Positions 1 through 8,181 of a DNA stretch of 31,811 nt are shown here, in pieces (position 1 is the stretch's first letter; the number at the start of each line of letters is the position of its first letter). The stretch lies in IMG/VR virus record IMGVR_UViG_3300021431_000080, positions 132,460 through 164,270 of that record, one strand, 5' to 3'. This stretch comes from a virus (taxonomy: Duplodnaviria > Heunggongvirae > Uroviricota > Caudoviricetes). A program made the translations under genes and the position numbers. The notes below the pieces were generated by a model. The model saw only the letters and a list, made by a program, of their open reading frames with translations. It did no database searches and was not told where the DNA came from.

Positions 1-13
1 AAAGAAAAAGAGG

Positions 14-751
14 ATGCAGAGAAAGTTGTCCAAAAAAGTTGGTTCGAAGAAAGGACAACACAAGTCTAACAATTACATGAAGCTTCAACGAAAGATTTCG
101 AAGATAGACCAAAAGATTTCCCGTCGTAGAGAACAATACCAATATGAAGTCGTGTCTGATATTATCGAAAGAAAATGTGACTATATCGGAATTGAGGATC
201 TTAATGTAAAAGGAATGTCTTCTACAGGAAGACGCAAGAAAAACGAAAAACTTAGCCAAGACGAATATAATGCTCTTTCTGACGAGGAAAAGAAAAAATA
301 CAACAGAAAGAAGAAAAGAGGATTCAACAGGAACGTTCTGAACAACGGCATGTATTCCTTCAAAATGAAACTTGAACAAAAAGCTGTTGAATCTGGAAAA
401 GAGGTTGTGACAGTAGGAAGATTCTACCCGTCGTCACAAACATGTTCGAATTGCGGAGAAAAGAACAAGGTAACAAAAAATCTGAACGTTAGGAAATGGA
501 CATGTGAAAAGTGTGGAACTGTCCATGACAGGGATGTCAATGCTGCCAAGAACATACGAAACGAAGCAATAAGAATAAAGAACGAATGTGAGCCAACACA
601 TAAAAACCTACCGAGGTGTAACCGGGATGTCAAGTCTGCGGAGATCCATAAGAATGAAAACCAACAAGTGGTTGAAGTTCATAGGGTCGTTGAACCAGAA
701 ATACAAACTGTTTTTGTGGATGAACCAATTGAAAATGCTGTGATTACATGA
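14..751 (+). CDS. tnpB: TnpB-like RNA-guided nuclease (C-terminal part; CRISPR-adjacent, candidate miniature type V effector)
   Basis: RuvC-II IGIEDLNVKGM, YPSSQTCSNCG...WTCEKCG zinc ribbon, RuvC-III HDRDVNAAKNI. The frame is open to the window edge, so the gene starts upstream and RuvC-I is not visible. Confidence 0.85.
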   Translation: MQRKLSKKVGSKKGQHKSNNYMKLQRKISKIDQKISRRREQYQYEVVSDIIERKCDYIGIEDLNVKGMSSTGRRKKNEKLSQDEYNALSDEEKKKYNRKKKRGFNRNVLNNGMYSFKMKLEQKAVESGKEVVTVGRFYPSSQTCSNCGEKNKVTKNLNVRKWTCEKCGTVHDRDVNAAKNIRNEAIRIKNECEPTHKNLPRCNRDVKSAEIHKNENQQVVEVHRVVEPEIQTVFVDEPIENAVIT

Positions 752-756
752 AGTCT
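608..756 (+). ncRNA. Putative omegaRNA/tracr-like scaffold overlapping the tnpB 3' end
   Basis: Hairpin CCG-AGGTGTAAC-CGG (611-625) whose loop TGTAAC is complementary to GTTACA at the repeat 3' end. 708-720 CTGTTTTTGTGGA can pair with repeat segment TCCATAAGAAACAG. TnpB omegaRNAs are known to overlap the ORF 3' end. Boundaries approximate. Confidence 0.55.
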
Positions 757-978
757 AATGGAACTCCATAAGAAACAGAAGGTAGTTACAACAGCGTGCC
801 GTCAATGCCGTGAGTCTATTTGAATGGAACTCCATAAGAAACAGAAGGTAGTTACAACCGATAAGCCTAATGCAGCCGTCAGCGGCGAATGGAACTCCAT
901 AAGAAACAGAATGTAGTTACAACATATAGAGCTAATATTTCATCTGGAACTCCATAAGAAACAGAATGCAGTTACAAC
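757..978 (+). CRISPR. CRISPR array: 4 repeats of 36 nt (AATGGAACTCCATAAGAAACAGAAGGTAGTTACAAC), 3 spacers
   Basis: Repeats at 757-792, 823-858, 888-923 (1 mismatch) and 943-978 (4 mismatches). Unique spacers of 30, 29 and 19 nt. Degeneration towards the right suggests + orientation. Confidence 0.92.
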
Positions 979-997
979 AAAGAAGAACAAAAATAAT

Positions 998-1723
998 ATG
1001 AAGCAACAACACTTGAGACACATTACCTTCACTGGTGTAGACGAGATGGCAGACTTGAAGGGTCTGCAGGAACTTCAAAGTGAATATCCGATTGTAGAGT
1101 TCGGTGTTCTGTTTTCAAAAAACTGGAAGAACAACGGAAATAGGTATATCAATCCTGAATACATGAAGATCCTCGGAAGAAAGGGATTGAACCTTTCTTG
1201 TCATGCTTGTGGGAGCATCGCGAGGGATGCACTTCGTGGAAACTGGATGTCTCTTGAGCAGGTGACTAACGGAATGTATCCGTTCAAACGGTGCCAGCTT
1301 AACATCGCGAGAGCCGACATAAAGGAAGATGCCCTCAACACCACGCTTCCCGTCGGACTCGAAGAGGTTATCATCCAGCAAAGGGACGCTGATCATCTGT
1401 CGATATGGGACAGAATCCAGAACCATTACGGAATGTCCATCCTGTTCGATGCATCAGGCGGGAACGGAATCGACACAGGATTCGAGCCGTTCGCTATGGA
1501 GAATATCAGAATCGGTTACGCTGGTGGTATCACTCCTGAGAATGTCGCCGACAAACTCACGTTCCTTCTCAACAACGAGAATGTGTACGACTTCTGGATC
1601 GACATGGAGTCTGGTGTCAGAACAGATGACTGGTTCGACTTGAACAAGGTGGCTAAAGTTCTTGAGGTTTGCAAGCCTATAATCGAGAACCATAAAAATC
1701 AATTTGCTGAGGAGAAACAATGA
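998..1723 (+). CDS. Phosphoribosylanthranilate isomerase (TrpF)-like TIM-barrel protein
   Basis: C-terminal ILFDASGGNG...GYAGGITPENV...WIDMESGVRTDDWFDLNKV resembles the TrpF LLD-SGG-G / LAGGL-PENV / DVSSGVE phosphate-binding motifs. Confidence 0.65.
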   Translation: MKQQHLRHITFTGVDEMADLKGLQELQSEYPIVEFGVLFSKNWKNNGNRYINPEYMKILGRKGLNLSCHACGSIARDALRGNWMSLEQVTNGMYPFKRCQLNIARADIKEDALNTTLPVGLEEVIIQQRDADHLSIWDRIQNHYGMSILFDASGGNGIDTGFEPFAMENIRIGYAGGITPENVADKLTFLLNNENVYDFWIDMESGVRTDDWFDLNKVAKVLEVCKPIIENHKNQFAEEKQ

Positions 1724-2187
1724 AAACAGAAATAAGAAAGACTGTAGTGTATCTTGCAGAGGACGGAAAGGAATTCCTGTCTGAGAACGAGTGCAAGAAG
1801 TATGAGAAGACTGTTCTTGAGGACAAAAAGAACATTCGGTACTTCTGTGTAAGATATTGCCCTGATCTGACAGAGACCGGTTTGTTTCAGAAACAGATGT
1901 TCGTCGCTGTTCTTTCTAGATATCATCACAGAGAGATTGTCGAGAACTGGTGTGTAAACGAAAAGAACCTTGAAATAATAGGTGAGTCTGTACAGGGATG
2001 TGGATTCCAACCACATTTCGAAATTGTGAAATGTACGGAGGATGAATATTTCGGGTCAAAAGTCGGTCGCATAATAGGAGAATCATTCAAAGTTTACGAC
2101 CAAGGTCAGTATTTTCTTTCTCCAAAAAGAGTGGAAGGTTTCCCTGAGGAAAACTTTAACTATATCGAAAAATGGGGATTGAAGTAA
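1720..2187 (+). CDS. Hypothetical phage protein
   Basis: 155 aa ORF, ATGA overlap with upstream gene. N-terminal YLAEDGKEFLSENECKKYE motif resembles that of 19302..19658. Confidence 0.8.
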   Translation: MKTEIRKTVVYLAEDGKEFLSENECKKYEKTVLEDKKNIRYFCVRYCPDLTETGLFQKQMFVAVLSRYHHREIVENWCVNEKNLEIIGESVQGCGFQPHFEIVKCTEDEYFGSKVGRIIGESFKVYDQGQYFLSPKRVEGFPEENFNYIEKWGLK

Positions 2188-2188
2188 A

Positions 2189-2623
2189 ATGAAAGCTATA
2201 ATTGAAAAAGAACTTTGTAATCCAGTAGACGGACAGATTGTTGGTCCAATGTATCATGTCTATGGAGTAAGCGAGAGTGGTTCCAAAGAACTTATTGAAA
2301 CAATCGATGGGGATATAAAGGAAGCAGCCAGACTCGCGGAAAGAACAATAGATCTCAGTGAGCTCGAGGTTGCTTACAAGAAGGATCCTGCAGCGTTTCA
2401 GTCAACCGTATATCCAACACCCTTAGACAATGTGCTTTCTCTTGAGTCCAAACACAAGAGCGAAGCTGATATGCTTTATAAGGATATTGATATGTGCATT
2501 CGCGATTTGATTGATGCAAGAATTACACACAATGAACATCTCGAGTCGGAATGTATAATGCGTATGGAAACGCTTATGGTACAGACTCAGCAGTATCTAT
2601 CATTTGAAAAACAGAATGTTTAA
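2189..2623 (+). CDS. Hypothetical protein
   Basis: 144 aa ORF in a tightly packed operon. Confidence 0.8.
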   Translation: MKAIIEKELCNPVDGQIVGPMYHVYGVSESGSKELIETIDGDIKEAARLAERTIDLSELEVAYKKDPAAFQSTVYPTPLDNVLSLESKHKSEADMLYKDIDMCIRDLIDARITHNEHLESECIMRMETLMVQTQQYLSFEKQNV

Positions 2624-2634
2624 TTAAGATAATT

Positions 2635-3114
2635 ATGCCATATAAGTACAGACAAATAAAATTCAACGGCGACATGCCGGATGCAATAAACAATTTGGGT
2701 GCCAACGGATGGAGAATCATTTCAGTCAACGATTCTGTCGGCGAGACACGTATTATAATGGAGAATATCTATCCGACTCCTGATCCTGCGGAAAATGATC
2801 CGATGCCAGTTGCGAGAACCATCGGCGATCCGAACGCTTTATATAGATGTATGGATGGGGTGAATAGGTATGAGTGGAGCAATTTGATGGAGCCTGCAGA
2901 ATTCATAACATTCGATGAATTATTCAATGATGATTTTTATTCGGATGACGGAGAGTATGAGATGTACATTTCAGACGGATTTTATTTTCTTGGAACCGAT
3001 ATCTCTTGTATGGCAAGAGATGAAGTCTTGGAATTAGTGTCGAAAAACAGGGACAAGTTTAGAGACGGTAATGATCTGAAGGTTTACTACATTGATTATC
3101 CTGAAGACAAATAA
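2635..3114 (+). CDS. Hypothetical acidic protein
   Basis: 159 aa ORF, operon packing. Confidence 0.75.
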   Translation: MPYKYRQIKFNGDMPDAINNLGANGWRIISVNDSVGETRIIMENIYPTPDPAENDPMPVARTIGDPNALYRCMDGVNRYEWSNLMEPAEFITFDELFNDDFYSDDGEYEMYISDGFYFLGTDISCMARDEVLELVSKNRDKFRDGNDLKVYYIDYPEDK

Positions 3115-3129
3115 AATAAACACGAAGAT

Positions 3130-3474
3130 ATGTTTCAATCAGAAAAAGATGAATTTGAAATAAAGTTCAAAGAAATGTTGAATCTTGTTCTTCCAAACGA
3201 CTTGGGAAAGACTGACAAGAAGACTTATATAGACGAAGCTTATATCACCTTCGGTCAAGAAATAAAGGAAGCCGTATGGAAAAGTATTCCTCCAGAGAAA
3301 AGCGATGCTGTAAGATGGCTTAGACATGAAACAGGATCTGGTTTGTTTGAATGCCAGTTGGCTCTTGACAATCTTGTTGATGTGTTGAGAAAGAAACCTT
3401 ATGTCATGGACAATCCTTATGTCCTTGAGATGAAATGGAAAAATAAACACGATAGCAATGGAAGCGAAACTTGA
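3130..3474 (+). CDS. Hypothetical protein with EF-Ts N-terminal (UBA-like) or L7/L12-like motif
   Basis: AVRWLRHETGSGLFECQLAL fits the LRxxTGxGxxxCxxAL pattern of the EF-Ts N-terminal domain. Confidence 0.6.
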   Translation: MFQSEKDEFEIKFKEMLNLVLPNDLGKTDKKTYIDEAYITFGQEIKEAVWKSIPPEKSDAVRWLRHETGSGLFECQLALDNLVDVLRKKPYVMDNPYVLEMKWKNKHDSNGSET

Positions 3475-3730
3475 AAACGGACACAATGTCTGGATATATT
3501 GGCCAGATCAATGCAGACTGTGTAAGGGATATTTCTTTAGATCGGAGAACAAACCCTGCATGAAGGAAAAAACTCAAGAATATATAAACTCACTGAAGGA
3601 ACTCGGACATAACTTCCATGGAGTTTATGGAACGACAGAGTTCAGATGCGACTACTTCTGCCTTGACGAAGAGAAGTTCCGTGAGGATCCAACTTATTCG
3701 CAGCAAGAATGTGGTTGCTGTGCAGGATGA
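3458..3730 (+). CDS. Small Cys-rich hypothetical protein
   Basis: 90 aa, CRLCKG...CDYFC...CGCC, overlaps upstream stop. Confidence 0.7.
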   Translation: MEAKLENGHNVWIYWPDQCRLCKGYFFRSENKPCMKEKTQEYINSLKELGHNFHGVYGTTEFRCDYFCLDEEKFREDPTYSQQECGCCAG

Positions 3731-3776
3731 AACGAATTACCGAAAAACAGAGTGAAATACCAAAAAAGAAAAACAT

Positions 3777-4358
3777 ATGAAAACAGGCGTAATTTTGGCA
3801 AGACTCCAGCCAATCCACAACGGACACCTTGAACTTATAATGAAAAGTGTTGTTGAGAATGACGAAACTTACGTGTTCATAGGAAGCGCGGACAAGTTCA
3901 ACCAAAGGAATCCCCTTCCAATTACACTCAGGATGCAGCTGGCTAACGAGGCGATAAAACACGAGCTCGGTGAGCAGGGGATAGCGATGTCCTCCGCGAA
4001 GATAAAGGTTATCCCTTTGGATGATTTGACAGACGAGAGCGACAATAGCCACGACTGGGGATTTTACCTGTACAGCAAGATAGTCACAGAAACGGGAAAT
4101 CCTTTCTTCACAATATATTACAGCGACGGGTTCGAGATTATAACAACATGGTTTCCAGGTTTCATTCTCAGAAACAACGTCTCCCTTTCGCTTTTGGCAA
4201 GAGGTGCGACATGCAAGGGAATTTCTGCTACAAAAGTCAGGGAAATGATTCTGTCTGACAATACAGAAGAGCTTGCTAATGTTGTTCCTCCGTGCGTGTT
4301 CGACAAAAGGGAGACGATAAAACAACATATCGAATTGTCAAAACTCATTAAAAACTGA
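3777..4358 (+). CDS. Nicotinamide-nucleotide adenylyltransferase (NadM-like, cytidylyltransferase superfamily)
   Basis: ARLQPIHNGH (HxGH motif), IGSA...RNP and ISATKVRE (SxT/S motif) are typical of NadM/NMNAT. Confidence 0.85.
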   Translation: MKTGVILARLQPIHNGHLELIMKSVVENDETYVFIGSADKFNQRNPLPITLRMQLANEAIKHELGEQGIAMSSAKIKVIPLDDLTDESDNSHDWGFYLYSKIVTETGNPFFTIYYSDGFEIITTWFPGFILRNNVSLSLLARGATCKGISATKVREMILSDNTEELANVVPPCVFDKRETIKQHIELSKLIKN

Positions 4359-4359
4359 A

Positions 4360-4647
4360 ATGAAAACATACAAGGAGGAACTCAATGAGTTCATTGAAAT
4401 CTACGATTACATAAACGAGATGCACAACGCATTGTTGTACAAATCAGGAATGGAAAGTTACGATGCGTACAAGATGCTTTATGATAAAGCTTTCTCAGAC
4501 AAAGTGAACGGAAGGCTTCAGGAGATATTTCCGTTCGACTGGTGTGATCCAGATTGTGGATATGACGATGACTACCTTGCTTGGAAAAATGAGTTGGATC
4601 GTGCCGTTGAAAAAGTAAAAAATATTGTTGGATATGAAAACGATTGA
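4360..4647 (+). CDS. Hypothetical acidic protein
   Basis: 95 aa ORF, 1 nt after the previous stop. Confidence 0.75.
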   Translation: MKTYKEELNEFIEIYDYINEMHNALLYKSGMESYDAYKMLYDKAFSDKVNGRLQEIFPFDWCDPDCGYDDDYLAWKNELDRAVEKVKNIVGYEND

Positions 4648-4945
4648 CGGAAAAGAATTTGTCTATTATTCGTATGTAGCCGAAGGAGAAGCAGTTGCCA
4701 ACAAATCCTTGAATGTCACTGAATCTGTCATAAGAGGATTGAAAGACATCGCTAAAGGATATGATAATGCTGGCACAAAATGGTACATCTATCGCAGGGT
4801 GATGGATTTGTTGTTCGAGTCGCGCGGAACACACCCAAATGTCGAGTTTATCCTGACTAACACAATAATGAAGGATCCTAGACATCCGCTTGGTAAATAT
4901 GAACTCTTTACGGAGTTCGACACAAACACTCCGAATCTGATATAA
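4634..4945 (+). CDS. Hypothetical protein
   Basis: ORF 4625..4945; ATG at 4634 chosen as the likely start. Confidence 0.7.
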   Translation: MKTIDGKEFVYYSYVAEGEAVANKSLNVTESVIRGLKDIAKGYDNAGTKWYIYRRVMDLLFESRGTHPNVEFILTNTIMKDPRHPLGKYELFTEFDTNTPNLI

Positions 4946-4982
4946 ATTTAAGGTTCGGTTTTCTTTTTTCAAAAATTATAAG

Positions 4983-4990
4983 TATCTTTG
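4983..4990 (+). promoter_or_regulatory. Bacteroidota-type -7 promoter element (TATCTTTG)
   Basis: TAnnTTTG in an AT-rich intergenic gap upstream of 5017; no clear -33 TTTG. Confidence 0.55.
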
Positions 4991-5016
4991 CAGTATAAAA
5001 CATATATCGTAATAAA

Positions 5017-5808
5017 ATGGCAGACAAAGAAAAACAGGAAATGACTCCGAGTCAATACTTTGATTTCATCAAGGATGCAAAAAAGACAATAACGACAGAT
5101 GCACTCAAGGATTCGTATGAAGTATTTGTGAAACTGGCTGAGAAGTACAAACGTCTTGGACAGGTCGAGTCTCTCAAAAAACTGAGTTTCCTTGCCGACA
5201 CCCTCATGAAAGAAGAGAAGCTTATCGACCTCGGAATCACGACATATGTCTACAAAGATGTTATCGAGGACTATATCGAGAACGTAGCTGACAAGACAGT
5301 CAAGATTATCGAACTCTCCCGTTATATGAGAGAAATTCCAGATGAGCTGATTGAGACTGTGGAGAAATCCAAGGATCTCTTCGACAAATTCTATGTCGTG
5401 TTCACAGACTACACCGGCAAGGAGGAGCGCAAGGTCGAGAAGGAGCGCAGGGACAAGGATCCAATTCTCTTCGGAGCGTTCATGACCAACACCACCGTCG
5501 CCGACCGATTCTATTTCCTTGGTGACTGGGTGGATGAATATTGCGATCTTACACTCGACAAGATGGTGGAGCAGTACAAGGAGAAGAAAGGTGTCTCCCC
5601 TACAGTGGAGACTGAGATTCCAAAGACCGCAGAGGATCTCGTCGAATTACTGAAATCTTACAAGATAGAGGATAAAGACAACAGAGTCGCATCGCTGAAC
5701 ACAGGAACTACAATCAGTATACCTTCATACAGATATGTAGAAGTTGAAGGTGATCTTCCAAAAAAGAAGGGGTTCTTCAACAAAGTAAGAAGCGTTTTCA
5801 AAAAGTAA
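5017..5808 (+). CDS. Hypothetical protein
   Basis: 263 aa ORF with its own candidate promoter. Confidence 0.85.
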   Translation: MADKEKQEMTPSQYFDFIKDAKKTITTDALKDSYEVFVKLAEKYKRLGQVESLKKLSFLADTLMKEEKLIDLGITTYVYKDVIEDYIENVADKTVKIIELSRYMREIPDELIETVEKSKDLFDKFYVVFTDYTGKEERKVEKERRDKDPILFGAFMTNTTVADRFYFLGDWVDEYCDLTLDKMVEQYKEKKGVSPTVETEIPKTAEDLVELLKSYKIEDKDNRVASLNTGTTISIPSYRYVEVEGDLPKKKGFFNKVRSVFKK

Positions 5809-5811
5809 ACC

Positions 5812-6237
5812 ATGCTTTCAAGTAAGGTAGATCTCACCGAACATAGCGACTTTGGACATTCGAGTGGGCAAGGAGACGGCTATGATATTCCGATTGAGTA
5901 TTGGGATGACGATTGTATGACATCTGAACAGTATGAGGCTATACTGAGATGGGAAAAGATATTCGGGAAAAGACAAAGGACCGAGAAGTATTATATTTTC
6001 GAACACATTACAACACAGTCTCCATACGAAACGGAATCACGTTGTTGCAAGTGTGGAAAGTCGTTGAGGCTGCCTTGGAACAAAGTCATGTACACTTCAA
6101 TAAAGAAATCAGTGTTCTGCCAAGAGTGTTACAAGAAGAACAACGAATCCGATATGGATAATAGAATTCCTTGGAGAAAGGGAAACAGAACAGGATCTCC
6201 CGACATGACGGCATATAATATATTCAATTTGAGATAA
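5812..6237 (+). CDS. Hypothetical protein with CxxC...CxxC zinc finger
   Basis: CCKCGKSL...FCQECYKK. Confidence 0.75.
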   Translation: MLSSKVDLTEHSDFGHSSGQGDGYDIPIEYWDDDCMTSEQYEAILRWEKIFGKRQRTEKYYIFEHITTQSPYETESRCCKCGKSLRLPWNKVMYTSIKKSVFCQECYKKNNESDMDNRIPWRKGNRTGSPDMTAYNIFNLR

Positions 6238-6248
6238 AACGAAACATT

Positions 6249-6530
6249 ATGAAAATACAAACCGAAACCCAATTCAATGTCGGTGATAAAGTCTGGCGTA
6301 AAAATCTCGTGACACATGAGGTAGGCGAATGTGTTGTCAGATCGATAATACTCACACATTGTGTTTATAAAAAGAACGATAGCGACGAGATTGTCGAGAC
6401 TGAACTTGTAATCTACCACACCGACGACGGTCCATTGACCAATATGCCGGGAAAACCAGACGCAAACTTCGCTTATGCAACGAAAGAGGAAGCGGAGGCT
6501 GCACCAAACTACGATCCATCGAAACGGTAA
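6249..6530 (+). CDS. Hypothetical SH3-like protein
   Basis: QFNVGDKVW N-terminus, 93 aa. Confidence 0.7.
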   Translation: MKIQTETQFNVGDKVWRKNLVTHEVGECVVRSIILTHCVYKKNDSDEIVETELVIYHTDDGPLTNMPGKPDANFAYATKEEAEAAPNYDPSKR

Positions 6531-6535
6531 TTGTA

Positions 6536-6829
6536 ATGGAAAAGGAACTGAAACTGAAGTTGCTTGAAGCAAAAAAGCTTCGTCATAAACTCGCTATCGA
6601 TAACATCGATAAGCAAATCGAGAAACTGACGAACGAAATCTACGGTGACAAATGTTACAGGAACCATGTTGAGAGTAAACATTGTATCGTGTGTGCCAAC
6701 CGTATCCCTGAACACGACTTCAAGATTCCAGACGGTATTGTATGCGGGCATCCGTCAAATCAGGAAGGTAAGGACAAGTTCCGTTGTTACAGCCACACCT
6801 GTAAATACTGGAAACAAGAAAAGAGATAA
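6536..6829 (+). CDS. Hypothetical Cys-rich protein
   Basis: HCIVCAN...CGHP...CYSHTCKYW. Confidence 0.7.
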   Translation: MEKELKLKLLEAKKLRHKLAIDNIDKQIEKLTNEIYGDKCYRNHVESKHCIVCANRIPEHDFKIPDGIVCGHPSNQEGKDKFRCYSHTCKYWKQEKR

Positions 6830-6830
6830 T

Positions 6831-7265
6831 ATGCTAATCGACAAGATAAGATACAGGAAGTTTGACAAGTCACAACGTAGTACATTTAGTTACTGGGTAT
6901 GGCATTGGTTGGCTTTCAATTGTATAGCAATCAAACTCCATCATTGGAGACCGAGATATCTGTTCCATGACATAGAGAAGCCGTGGCTGAAACTGATCCT
7001 CAGGGACTACAAGAAAGTCCAGACTTGGCACAGGACTCACAATGCACACCACCTTGAGTACAGGAAACCTGACAAGAGGAACTGGATCGACATGGCTATC
7101 GACTGGGAGTGCAGCGGGCTTACGAAGATTGCTTGTCCATATGACGCGATGGGGGAAGCAAACAACAAGTTCATGAACAATGAGATGAGTTTCCATGAAT
7201 ATTACAACTTTTATATGGCTTGTAAGCAATTAAAACTAACTAACATAAAGTATGGAACAGAATAA
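6831..7265 (+). CDS. HD-like His-rich protein (DUF5662-like putative metal-dependent hydrolase)
   Basis: LFHDIEK...HRTHNAHHLEY...MAIDWEC. ATG at 6831, 1 nt after the upstream stop, preferred over 6645. Confidence 0.55.
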   Translation: MLIDKIRYRKFDKSQRSTFSYWVWHWLAFNCIAIKLHHWRPRYLFHDIEKPWLKLILRDYKKVQTWHRTHNAHHLEYRKPDKRNWIDMAIDWECSGLTKIACPYDAMGEANNKFMNNEMSFHEYYNFYMACKQLKLTNIKYGTE

Positions 7266-7788
7266 GAAGCTTAAAGTAATAAACCTGTACGGTGGTCCTG
7301 GTACTGGCAAGTCTACGACAGCTGCAGCTTTGTTTGCAAAGATGAAACGTGCTGGATATAACGTGGAACTTGTGACAGAGTTTGCGAAGGATCTTGTGTG
7401 GACAGAGAGAAACAAGGAGCTTGGAGATCAGATTTATATCTTCGGGAAGATGTACCACAAGCTTTGGAGACTCCGCGACAAAGTCGACTATGTCATCACC
7501 GACAGCCCTCTTCCACTCTCTGTGTACTACGATAAAACAGGAATACCTTACTTCAAAGAGTTTGTAATATCCATGTACAACTCATTCACGAACTACAACT
7601 TCGAACTCACACGCCACTTCAAATACCAAGTGGAGGGAAGATATCAGACAGAGGCTGAAGCCGACTCAGACCACAAGGATATCATAAATCTTGTAAAGGA
7701 ATGCGGAGTGGAGTTGATCAAGATAGAAAACAATTCTCTTCCAGAGGATCAAATATTCAACTACATAACAAAAAATGAAAGCAGGTAG
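7252..7788 (+). CDS. NadR/Ttd14-like P-loop kinase (AAA_28-like)
   Basis: INLYGGPGTGKSTT Walker A, ELVTEFAKDLVW and VITDSPL. Confidence 0.75.
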   Translation: MEQNKKLKVINLYGGPGTGKSTTAAALFAKMKRAGYNVELVTEFAKDLVWTERNKELGDQIYIFGKMYHKLWRLRDKVDYVITDSPLPLSVYYDKTGIPYFKEFVISMYNSFTNYNFELTRHFKYQVEGRYQTEAEADSDHKDIINLVKECGVELIKIENNSLPEDQIFNYITKNESR

Positions 7789-7948
7789 ATTGATTGAATC
7801 ATTCGCTATTCTCCCGTCCATAACGATAGATTGGATGAATTGGGCAGGGGAGCGGCATTACAGTGTGCAGATAGCGTGGCTTTGGTGGTATATCAACACA
7901 TATAAATCACCTGACGAAATCATGAACGATTATATAAAAAGGATATGA
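7775..7948 (+). CDS. Small hypothetical protein (57 aa, below the ORF-track cutoff)
   Basis: MKAGRLIESFAILPSITIDWMNW...YIKRI fills the gap exactly and ends with a TGA/ATG overlap at 7945. Confidence 0.65.
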   Translation: MKAGRLIESFAILPSITIDWMNWAGERHYSVQIAWLWWYINTYKSPDEIMNDYIKRI

Positions 7949-8181
7949 TTACAAAAGAGGAGATAGAAAACGCCGCCTACGAATACTCAGGGAAGGTGTC
8001 ACATCCAATAAACGGTGCGTTCAGGGATGGGGCAAAGTGGTATGAGGAGCAGATTCTGAAGAGATCTGTTGAAGCCGAAGTTACTGTGCCTGCATCTTCT
8101 TCATTCAAGCAAATCAGGTACAAACTGCCGAAGGATACAGAATATAAGGTTGGAGACAAAGTAAAGATAGCTATATTATGA
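7945..8181 (+). CDS. Hypothetical protein
   Basis: 78 aa, ATGA overlaps at both ends. Confidence 0.75.
   Translation: MITKEEIENAAYEYSGKVSHPINGAFRDGAKWYEEQILKRSVEAEVTVPASSSFKQIRYKLPKDTEYKVGDKVKIAIL

Noticed and set aside
14-751. Left TnpB as an intact IS200/IS605 transposon
   Set aside because: No tnpA or left end is visible (window truncated), and the 3' side runs into a repeat-spacer array rather than a single flank.
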